Source of the DNA: a virus | Taxonomy: Duplodnaviria; Caudoviricetes | Length of the DNA stretch: 30,509 nucleotides | Virus record (IMG/VR): IMGVR_UViG_3300033475_000116 | Location: 1-30,509 of that record | Direction: 5' to 3' (one strand) | Shown: piece after piece, positions 16,839 through 24,458 of the stretch | Layout: each line of letters begins with the position of its first letter | Position numbering within the stretch: the stretch's first letter is position 1 | The notes under the pieces: model-generated | The model's input: the letters and a program-made list of their open reading frames with translations, nothing else | The model's database searches: none | Told to the model about the DNA's origin: nothing | Position numbers and translations under genes: made by a program

Positions 16839-18635
16839 ATGTCGCGTAAGAAGTTTGACGTCTCCCAGCACCCGGACCTCACCCGCTACACAGAGGTTGC
16901 CCTGAAGGGCGTTCGGGACGAGAACAACCAGGCCATCACCGAACTGGTTGCCTCCGTGACTGCTGAGACGATCTCCGACGATGAGCTCGCGGAACTGGAA
17001 AGCTACCGCGCCTTCGACACTTCCGTCTCTGACGAGATCCAGGCCCGGACTGACCGCGCTGCCCGATTCGCTTCCGCCACCACCGTTCCGGCTGCGGCCG
17101 AAGGTAGCGAGAGTGCCCCGGCTGCCGAGGCCACCGAGCCCGTCACCGCCTCCGGCGAGACCACAGAGACGGCTCCGCCCGCGCCGAGCATTGGCGAAGT
17201 TGCTGCCACCGCTCCGGCCCCGACCACCGCTCCGGCCACCACAGAGCCTCGCCCGATGGCGACCCTGGTTGCCTCCGGTGACATCCCCGGCGTCCGCATC
17301 AACGAGCCGATCGATATGGACACCTTCACTGAGGCGTTCATGTCCATGTCCGGCGCGTTCGAGGCGATGGGTGCCCGTGGCCAGAACGTTTCGGTCTCCC
17401 GGAACATTGCGACGATCCGTCGTAACTACCCGGAGCACCTGAAGGTCTACGGCGCCTCCGACGAGTACGACCAGAAGACCCTTCTGGCGGCCTCCGACGA
17501 GACCAAGCTTCAGGGTGGCTCGCTGCGCGCCTCCAAGCGTGCCGAGGTCAAGAAGATCGTTGACGCCCACGTCGCCAAGGGTGGCCAGGCCGATGAGATC
17601 GACGCCCTGACAGCGGCCGGTGGCTGGTGTGCCCCGTCCGTCACCGTCTACGACACCTGCTTCCAGACCGTGGTCGACGGTATCTACGACGGCCCCGAGG
17701 TGCAGGCCCCACGTGGTGGTGTCCGGCACAACACCGGCCTGGACTGGTCGACCATCTACGGTGGCGGCAACATCCTCGGCTCGGCCAACGGTGTCACCGG
17801 TTTCTGGAACCGTACCGAGGCTCAGGTCTCGACCGGTTCCCCGGTGAAGGACTCGATCCAGGTGGCCTGCCCGACCTTCGTCGACACCCGCCTGGGTGTG
17901 ACCGGTCTGTGGATCACCTCCCCGATCCTGACGAACCGCGCCTACCCGGAGTTCGTGCGCACCTTCATGGAAGGTGCCATGGCAGTCCACGCGCACCAGA
18001 TGAACGCGCTGCGGATTCAGGCGATCGTCGCGGGCTCCACTGGTGTCATCCTGAACACCGACCCGTTCGTCTCGGACGGCACCGTCACCTCCAACCTGCT
18101 TTCGGCGGTTGAGATGGCGATCGTCGACCTCAAGTACCGCCTGCGCCTGGCGCGCAACGCCACCCTTGAGGTTGTCCTGCCGTTCTGGGTCCGGGCCCAG
18201 TTCCGTGCTGACCTGTCGCGTCGTACCGGCTACGACGTGGTTGGCATCAGCGCCTCTGACGCCCAGATCGACGCATGGTTCGCGATGCGCGGCGCCAACG
18301 TCCAGTTCGTTTACGACTGGCAGGACGCCTTCACCAGCGCGACCGCTGGCCTGCCCGGTAACGCGACTGCCATCCAGGCGCTCCCGGTCACCACGCAGTT
18401 CCTGGTCTACCCGACCGGCACCTGGGTTACCGCTGTCCAAGACGTGATCACTCTGAACGCGATCTACGACACGAACGCCACGATCGGTCTTCCGGTCAAC
18501 GTCATGACTCAGCTTTTCGCTGAGGATGGCTGGGCGGTTCTCCAGATGTGCCCGGTCTCCCGTGTCTACACAGTTCCGACCTGCCCGAGCGGTTCGACGA
18601 CCGCGCCGAGCCAGGTGGACTGCGTTACCCCGTAA
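16839..18635 (+). CDS. major capsid (hexamer-type) protein with N-terminal scaffold region
   Basis: ALTAAGGWCAPS..YD motif, ~600 aa, Ala/Thr/Pro linker, strong codon bias. Confidence 0.9.
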   Translation: MSRKKFDVSQHPDLTRYTEVALKGVRDENNQAITELVASVTAETISDDELAELESYRAFDTSVSDEIQARTDRAARFASATTVPAAAEGSESAPAAEATEPVTASGETTETAPPAPSIGEVAATAPAPTTAPATTEPRPMATLVASGDIPGVRINEPIDMDTFTEAFMSMSGAFEAMGARGQNVSVSRNIATIRRNYPEHLKVYGASDEYDQKTLLAASDETKLQGGSLRASKRAEVKKIVDAHVAKGGQADEIDALTAAGGWCAPSVTVYDTCFQTVVDGIYDGPEVQAPRGGVRHNTGLDWSTIYGGGNILGSANGVTGFWNRTEAQVSTGSPVKDSIQVACPTFVDTRLGVTGLWITSPILTNRAYPEFVRTFMEGAMAVHAHQMNALRIQAIVAGSTGVILNTDPFVSDGTVTSNLLSAVEMAIVDLKYRLRLARNATLEVVLPFWVRAQFRADLSRRTGYDVVGISASDAQIDAWFAMRGANVQFVYDWQDAFTSATAGLPGNATAIQALPVTTQFLVYPTGTWVTAVQDVITLNAIYDTNATIGLPVNVMTQLFAEDGWAVLQMCPVSRVYTVPTCPSGSTTAPSQVDCVTP

Positions 18636-18641
18636 TGGAAT

Positions 18642-18661
18642 GGGGCCCCTCCGGGGGCCCC
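18642..18661 (+). terminator. hairpin after the major capsid gene
   Basis: GGGGCCCC-tccg-GGGGCCCC perfect 8-bp stem; no U-tract. Confidence 0.6.
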
Positions 18662-18698
18662 TACCAGGGTTAACCAGGACCTGAGAGAGGAAAAGGCA

Positions 18699-18980
18699 AT
18701 GGCTGCAACTGTCAAGCCTTGGACCGGCGCCAGCGGCAACGTCGTTATCGAAGCGCAGGCGTGCACGTTCAACGGCATCAACTACAACAACACCACCGGT
18801 GGCACCGTCGTGACTGTCTATGACAACGCGACCACCAACACCGGCACCATCCTGCTTCAGCTAACCCTCGCGGCGGCGACCAAGGGCACCATCACGGTCC
18901 CGCCCGTCAAGGCGCTGAACGGGATCACCGTCAATGCTTCTGCTGCGGTTGGCGCAGCGGGCAGCGTCTACGTCAGCTAA
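18699..18980 (+). CDS. small beta-rich virion protein (putative capsid decoration), paralogue 1
   Basis: Thr/Ala/Gly-rich; VTVYDN..T.G.IL...KA.NGITV; SD GAGAGG. Confidence 0.7.
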   Translation: MAATVKPWTGASGNVVIEAQACTFNGINYNNTTGGTVVTVYDNATTNTGTILLQLTLAAATKGTITVPPVKALNGITVNASAAVGAAGSVYVS

Positions 18981-18994
18981 GGAGGGGCACTCAA

Positions 18995-19282
18995 ATGGCT
19001 GTTGCTAAGAGCTACACGGGTGGCACCACTGCGGCTACGTCGCTGACTGCCAACCCTTGCACCATCCAGGCGCTTGCTTTGAACGCTGCTGCTACCAGTG
19101 TGTTGACCCTGTGGGACAACAACGCTGGAACGGCGACCGGCAACATTTTGTACCAGGCGACTTTTGCCGCCGCGTTCAACGGTGTCGTGGACTTCACCAG
19201 CATCGGCGGGATCAAGGCAGCGGCCGGTATCGCCATCACGGTGGCTACCGCGACCTGCCAGACAACCGCCATCGTTTTCTAA
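18995..19282 (+). CDS. small beta-rich virion protein (putative capsid decoration), paralogue 2
   Basis: LTLWDN..TATGNIL...KAAAGIAI aligns with the previous ORF; SD AGGAGG. Confidence 0.7.
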   Translation: MAVAKSYTGGTTAATSLTANPCTIQALALNAAATSVLTLWDNNAGTATGNILYQATFAAAFNGVVDFTSIGGIKAAAGIAITVATATCQTTAIVF

Positions 19283-19291
19283 GGGGCACCC

Positions 19292-20119
19292 GTGGCTATC
19301 ATCACCGGTCCACTACTGATCCCGGCGCCCAACGAGGGTGCCGAGATCCGGTATGGGCTTTTCTCTGTGGTACCGCCACGGGCCCTTCCTGATCAGGCGC
19401 GGCTTGGCGGTCTCGAATATCAGATTGCCGAGAACTTTGGTTCCCGCTCCTACGACGTGACCTGTGCGCCGGGCGCCACCAAAACATTTGATGGTGGCCC
19501 GGCCACAGTAGTGGCGAACCCGTTTCTGATCTACACGTCGCTGTCCTGTGGCCTCGTCGGTCACACGATGGATGAGATCCGCGCCTATCTGGAAGAACGG
19601 GCCCGGGTTGCTGAGCAGGGCGCCGTGGAACTGGCGTTCTCCAACTCGGCGAACGGCCTGAACCTGGGTTTGGCGAACAACGCTTCAGCGGTGACGCTGG
19701 CCGCTTCATCGAATGTGATCGCGGCGATCTCCGCCCTGGAGGGCTGGTTGTACCAGACGCAGGCGTACGGCAAGCCTGGTGTCCTTCACATCCCGGCTGT
19801 CGCTGCCGTCTGGTTGCACCAGGTGAACGTGATCTCGAAGGGCCCGGACGGGATCTGGCGTACGCCGATCGGGACCATGGTGTCCATCGGCAACTACTCC
19901 GGGAACCTGCCTAACGGTTCGGCTCCGGCTGCCGGTCACACCACGTTCTACATCACCGGTCAGATGGGGTTGTGGCGCGAGCCAACGGCCCTCATCCCGG
20001 ACCTGGGGGAAACCATCGACAGGGCTTTGAACCAGTGGAACGGTCTGGCTGAGCGTTTCTACGTCGCGAGTATCGACGAGTTCGTGGCGGGTACGGACAC
20101 TACGCTGGCGTACGCCTGA
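19292..20119 (+). CDS. major capsid pentamer-type protein
   Basis: 275 aa; P....RYGLFSV, PF.IY....C, EQ.AVE, G.LH.P, WRTP.G motifs; downstream of the hexamer gene. Confidence 0.7.
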   Translation: MAIITGPLLIPAPNEGAEIRYGLFSVVPPRALPDQARLGGLEYQIAENFGSRSYDVTCAPGATKTFDGGPATVVANPFLIYTSLSCGLVGHTMDEIRAYLEERARVAEQGAVELAFSNSANGLNLGLANNASAVTLAASSNVIAAISALEGWLYQTQAYGKPGVLHIPAVAAVWLHQVNVISKGPDGIWRTPIGTMVSIGNYSGNLPNGSAPAAGHTTFYITGQMGLWREPTALIPDLGETIDRALNQWNGLAERFYVASIDEFVAGTDTTLAYA

Positions 20120-20137
20120 TAGGAGAGGATTGTCCCC

Positions 20138-20473
20138 ATGGCCCGTATTGAGATTCTTGAGAACCAAACAATGGCTGAAGTTGCCGGTGCCCTCCTGGAC
20201 CTGGTCGACGCCAACCCGGATGTTTTCACCCCTAGGGATGTTGCAACCAATACCGACAACGGTATGGCGTTCATCGTTCCGGACGGGCTGGAGCAGCTTT
20301 ACCTGGAGTATCTGACTTCTGGCAAGGTCGGCAAGGCCGAACTGGAACCGGATGAGGATGTTCAGGAGCCCGACGAGTCCGACGAGTCCGATGACGGCGA
20401 GGACACCAGCACTGACGAAGCCCCTGCTCCCAAAAAGCGGGGCCGTCCTCGCAAGATCCAGACGGAGGGATAG
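20138..20473 (+). CDS. hypothetical protein with acidic tract and AT-hook-like tail
   Basis: SD GGAGAGG; C-terminal KKRGRPRK. Confidence 0.75.
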   Translation: MARIEILENQTMAEVAGALLDLVDANPDVFTPRDVATNTDNGMAFIVPDGLEQLYLEYLTSGKVGKAELEPDEDVQEPDESDESDDGEDTSTDEAPAPKKRGRPRKIQTEG

Positions 20474-20479
20474 TCCACC

Positions 20480-21412
20480 ATGACGGCGATCTGCGCGACT
20501 CCGTTCAAGCTCCCGTTTGTTCGGATGACGCTGCTTGATTCCTGCGGGGTCCCGCAGACTACCGCTACTTCGATGTATGTCACGTCCGGCATCATTCAGA
20601 TTGCCGAAACGAACAACTTCGAAGATCGGGAAGAGTTCTTCCAGAAGAATGGTGACGGCACGTTCTGTGTCCAGGCATCGAACCCTCCAGTCCTGAAGTA
20701 CAAGGAACTGGAGATTCAGCTTTGCACCTACGACCCGGAAATGGTCAACGCCATGACCGGCGAGCCTCTTCTGACCGACGATGCCACCACACCCAACACG
20801 ATCGGTTTCCGGTCCCGGGTGGGCTCTGCGGCGCTGAACAACTTCGCCCTGGAGGGCTGGACCCGGCTCACCAACAAGACGAACTGTTCGACCGGCCCGC
20901 AGTACGGCTACGTGCTGTACCCGTGGTGCATCGAGGGCTACGTCGATGATGTGACCTGGGGCAACTCGAACATCATCATGACGATCAAGTGCCGCACCAA
21001 CAACAACAGCCCGTGGGGTACCGGCCCGTACAACGTTCAGGTGTCGCAGGCTGCGACTCTGACCACCGGCCAGCCGCAGGGTCTGTTCAGCGCAGTCGGC
21101 AGCCAGGACCACCGGATCTGGGAGTTGGCGTACTTGGCTCCGCCTTCGACCAGCCTGTGTGGTGGCCAGCCGTCTTCGCTGAGCCTGGCGACGATCACCA
21201 AGGTGGGCCAGGTGGCGACTCTGACGTTCCCGTCCCCGAATGCTCACCTCCCGGCGATCATCAACTGGGGCGACGGTACGGCGGACACCACGGTGACCAC
21301 TGGTACCACGACCACGCACACGTACTCCGGATCTGGCACCTTCAACGTGACGTACAACCCGACCACTGAAGGCTCCGGCCCGCCGTGGAAGGGCACCGTG
21401 ACGTTCCCGTAA
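20480..21412 (+). CDS. major tail protein with C-terminal PKD/Ig-like domain
   Basis: R.T.LD.CG.P, KN.DG..C, FALE.W, YGY.L.P motifs; INWGDG...HTY...GTF.V PKD signature. Confidence 0.85.
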   Translation: MTAICATPFKLPFVRMTLLDSCGVPQTTATSMYVTSGIIQIAETNNFEDREEFFQKNGDGTFCVQASNPPVLKYKELEIQLCTYDPEMVNAMTGEPLLTDDATTPNTIGFRSRVGSAALNNFALEGWTRLTNKTNCSTGPQYGYVLYPWCIEGYVDDVTWGNSNIIMTIKCRTNNNSPWGTGPYNVQVSQAATLTTGQPQGLFSAVGSQDHRIWELAYLAPPSTSLCGGQPSSLSLATITKVGQVATLTFPSPNAHLPAIINWGDGTADTTVTTGTTTTHTYSGSGTFNVTYNPTTEGSGPPWKGTVTFP

Positions 21413-21428
21413 GCCCGGCCAATGATTG

Positions 21429-21463
21429 AGCCCGGTAGTCCTACTTAAGGGCTATCGGGCTTT
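21429..21463 (+). terminator. intrinsic terminator-like hairpin
   Basis: AGCCCGGTAG...CTATCGGGCT followed by TT after the major tail gene. Confidence 0.6.
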
Positions 21464-21486
21464 ATCATCATGAAAGAGGTGATCTG

Positions 21487-22320
21487 ATGACAACTCCGGT
21501 GCCGGGCGCACCATGTGGCTGGGATGTGGAACCAGCCACTTGCGATGCCGAGTGGAGCACGTACTCTCCAGAGGTCCAGCAGTTCGCTATCACCACTGCT
21601 AGCGCTGTCGTGTGGGCTGCCACCGGTCGCCAGTTCGGTGAGTGTGAACTGACGGTGCGACCGTGCGGGAAGTGGGATGGTAATGCCTGGTGGGGCGGCT
21701 GGTGGTGGGGTTTCTACGCCTCCGGATGGGGGTGGGGACCACTGCTGTTTAACGGTTTCTTCCCTGGCTGTGGCTGCATGGCTAATGGGTGGGGCTGGTG
21801 CGAGTGCGTACCAGACAACCAGATCTGGCTCCCGGGCCCAGTCTCAACAATTGTTTCGGTTGTCGAGAACGGTAGTGTTGTCGACCCGGCAACGTACCGG
21901 GTAGACGACCACATGTGGCTGGTGCGTACCTCGCTTTCCGGTGGCACCGTGAACACGTGGCCGTGGCAGCAGAACTACAACCTGGACGCCGGGGACAACA
22001 ACACCCTGACGGTCACGTTCACCAAGGGTGTGCCGGTGCCTCCGGCGCTGCTGTACGGGACCGGCCTGCTGGCTTCCCAGTATGCGAAGGCGTGCGCGTC
22101 GTCTGACTGCCAGCTTCCGTTCCGGGTCCAGTCGATTGTCCGGCAGAACGTGTCGCTTCACGCGGTTGATCCGTCGGAGATGATGGCTGACGGTTTGACT
22201 GGTATCACCATCCTCGACCAGTTGATCAAGTCGTACAACCCGTTCGGGCTGAAGTCCCCGCCAGCGGTCTACTCACCTGACTCGCCGGTCAACCGGACCA
22301 CCACCTGGAGTGCACCGTGA
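21487..22320 (+). CDS. head-to-tail adaptor
   Basis: WAATGRQFG.C..TVRPC, LPGPV..I..V, C.LP.RV.S..RQ.V, TGI..D..I...NP motifs. Confidence 0.75.
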   Translation: MTTPVPGAPCGWDVEPATCDAEWSTYSPEVQQFAITTASAVVWAATGRQFGECELTVRPCGKWDGNAWWGGWWWGFYASGWGWGPLLFNGFFPGCGCMANGWGWCECVPDNQIWLPGPVSTIVSVVENGSVVDPATYRVDDHMWLVRTSLSGGTVNTWPWQQNYNLDAGDNNTLTVTFTKGVPVPPALLYGTGLLASQYAKACASSDCQLPFRVQSIVRQNVSLHAVDPSEMMADGLTGITILDQLIKSYNPFGLKSPPAVYSPDSPVNRTTTWSAP

Positions 22321-22883
22321 GCAGCCTCAGCGACTTCGTCGCGGTCTCCTTCGTCTGCCTCCAGGACGCCATCACAGCCGCCAATATTGCCGCCGCACCG
22401 AAGAATCAGATCGGGCACGTGGTGATGCGCCCCGGCATCCAGATCGAACCGGACATGGCCCAATTCCAGGACATGTGCTGCGAGGGCTACGCCTACCTGC
22501 GGGTCATGCGGGTCATGGCACCGGAGGAACCAACCCGGCAGGAACCCTTGGGAACGCCGATCTCCCCGTGCGGCATGGATTCTTTGGGCGCCGAGATGGA
22601 ACTGTCAATCTTTCGCTGCGCCGAGGTCGGAAACATTGACTTCCCGGTTCAGGATGATGCCTGGAACGCCGCCTACATCCAGCTTCTGAAGGACTTCGAC
22701 ACCCTCAACTCGGCGCTGTGCTGCATTCGCAACGCGTTCGCCCAGAACCACCAAACCTGGTCGATCGTCTACAACGACTGGCAGCCGTGGGAAGTGCAAG
22801 GCGCCTGCCTCGGGTCTAGGCTTCAATTCACGGCAACAATCGAATGCCCGGACGAAGATTGCTTGGGAGCTCGAATTGACTGA
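22317..22883 (+). CDS. putative tail terminator / neck protein
   Basis: GTGA coupling; Cys-rich (CCEG.AY.RV, ELSIFRC, QGAC.G); position in the neck cluster. Confidence 0.55.
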   Translation: MSSLSDFVAVSFVCLQDAITAANIAAAPKNQIGHVVMRPGIQIEPDMAQFQDMCCEGYAYLRVMRVMAPEEPTRQEPLGTPISPCGMDSLGAEMELSIFRCAEVGNIDFPVQDDAWNAAYIQLLKDFDTLNSALCCIRNAFAQNHQTWSIVYNDWQPWEVQGACLGSRLQFTATIECPDEDCLGARID

Positions 22884-23166
22884 GAAGGAAGACCCGGAGG
22901 TTCTGGTACGGGTCAACACAGCCCACAATGATTGGAACCTTGGGGACCAGTTCGTGGCCAAGCAGTCCGTGGTTCAGCCGTGGTTGGATAACGGCTACAT
23001 GGTGCTCCTGGCCACTATCGGCTCCGGGGTGGAGACTCGGGAGGAAGAGACCGATAGTGGCCAGGTTAATTCTCAACGCCGCACAGGTCGACAAAACAAA
23101 GTCGAAAGCCGGTCGGGATCTGGTGCGCCCACTGGCGAAGGAGATCCGGCTAGCGTCGGTAGCTGA
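22876..23166 (+). CDS. hypothetical protein
   Basis: TTG start coupled to the upstream stop with GGGAG SD; low-complexity tail overlaps the next gene. Confidence 0.5.
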   Translation: MTEKEDPEVLVRVNTAHNDWNLGDQFVAKQSVVQPWLDNGYMVLLATIGSGVETREEETDSGQVNSQRRTGRQNKVESRSGSGAPTGEGDPASVGS

Positions 23167-23479
23167 AGCGCCTAAGAAGACCGGCGCCATGGTGGCCAGT
23201 TCCTACATCGACTACCAGGAGAACGGCTCAGGCTACACCGCCGTCGTCGGATACTCGTCTGTGGTGGCTTTCTGGCAGCACGAGGGCACTCCGCCGCACC
23301 GTGAGCCGAAGACCGCGCCCGGGCCGATGTCGTTCTTCTGGGAGAAGATGGGACGCTGGGTGGTCCTGCCACACTTGACCCATCCGGGCGTGAAACCGAA
23401 CCGGTTCTTGACGACACCGATGAAGCGGATCGCACGGGCCAAGGGCTGGAAGGCAGTTTCTTACCGTATCGGTCCATAG
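23057..23479 (+). CDS. HK97 gp10-like neck / tail-completion protein
   Basis: AP.KTG...S, HEGT.PH, HPG.KPNRFL; GTG 23057 after GGGAGGAAG. Confidence 0.75.
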   Translation: MARLILNAAQVDKTKSKAGRDLVRPLAKEIRLASVAEAPKKTGAMVASSYIDYQENGSGYTAVVGYSSVVAFWQHEGTPPHREPKTAPGPMSFFWEKMGRWVVLPHLTHPGVKPNRFLTTPMKRIARAKGWKAVSYRIGP

Positions 23480-23498
23480 TTGGGATAAGCTGGCAAAC

Positions 23499-23870
23499 AT
23501 GACGGAACCGGTAGCTGAGAACAAGATCGTGACCATTCTTGGCCGCGACATCGAACTGAAGGCTCCCACCCCACTTCAGGCTGCCGTGATGGGCCGGGCA
23601 ATCTTCCGGGCCCTGGACACCGCAGACGAAGCTGGCCCCGATGGCAAACTCGACCTGCGCCAGGTGCGTACCGCCGTCGATGCGATCGGCATGTTCCTGG
23701 ATGTCATGGACGGTCTCGTGGTTGACATCGGGGACCGAACCTGGCTGGAGTCGAAGATCATGGACGGCTCGCTGGCGTCGTTCCCTGACCTGGAGCCGAT
23801 GCTGAAGGCGTTCGACCTGACCCCGCAGGCGCCGAACCGTGCCGCGCGCCGCGCCACAACCCGCAAGTGA
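23499..23870 (+). CDS. tail assembly chaperone (putative)
   Basis: two genes before the tape measure; C-terminal NRAARRA. Confidence 0.65.
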   Translation: MTEPVAENKIVTILGRDIELKAPTPLQAAVMGRAIFRALDTADEAGPDGKLDLRQVRTAVDAIGMFLDVMDGLVVDIGDRTWLESKIMDGSLASFPDLEPMLKAFDLTPQAPNRAARRATTRK

Positions 23871-24429
23871 GTCCTACGCCCAGCCAGCACCCATCCGGAC
23901 AGACCCACTAGCAACATTCTCGCGGGCGCCGGTCATCCTGCGGCTGGGCGACCGTGACTTCACTATCGAGGTTCCCACCGCAGAATGGTGGGTTGACCTG
24001 TTCATGGCCGAAGTAATCGACTGGAATGCGATCATGCCTGGCCTGCTCGAAAAGGCAGACCAGAACTGGGTGGAGCTTCAGCTACTCCGGGGCAACATCA
24101 CCCAGGAGGAATTCCAGAGGACCACACTCGAATTCCTGGACCTGGTCAGCGGCTGGAAATGGTACATCACCCTGGGTTTGTTCAGTGTCGTAAAGAATAG
24201 CTGGGACTTCTTTGGTGGCCGGATGATGCTGTCCCCGCTATCGGTGCCGAAGAACTTCACTCTCGCCGCATACATGCTCGGAATGCTGCGCCTCGTCCTC
24301 GACAATTCCGATCCGAAAAGCCACGCCAATTTCGTCGGTGCGCTGACAACACCACCTCCCGGTTTCGAAGAGGAACTGGATGAGGAAGAAGAGAACAAGG
24401 CTTTCTTTGCGGCGATGGCAATGGGCTAG
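23839..24429 (+). CDS. second tail assembly chaperone-like ORF (start uncertain)
   Basis: directly before the tape measure; overlaps the previous ORF in the +1 frame; no clear SD. Confidence 0.6.
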   Translation: MPRAAPQPASESYAQPAPIRTDPLATFSRAPVILRLGDRDFTIEVPTAEWWVDLFMAEVIDWNAIMPGLLEKADQNWVELQLLRGNITQEEFQRTTLEFLDLVSGWKWYITLGLFSVVKNSWDFFGGRMMLSPLSVPKNFTLAAYMLGMLRLVLDNSDPKSHANFVGALTTPPPGFEEELDEEEENKAFFAAMAMG

Positions 24430-24458
24430 TTTGTGCAGTTTGCTCGTATGATCTACTC

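Noticed and set aside
16719-18440. 573-aa minus-strand ORF (also 19706-21319, 10198-10956, 15026-16000 and similar)
   Set aside because: Antisense shadows of strongly GC3-biased real genes; no motifs. The 15026-16000 track entry also overlaps the protease entirely
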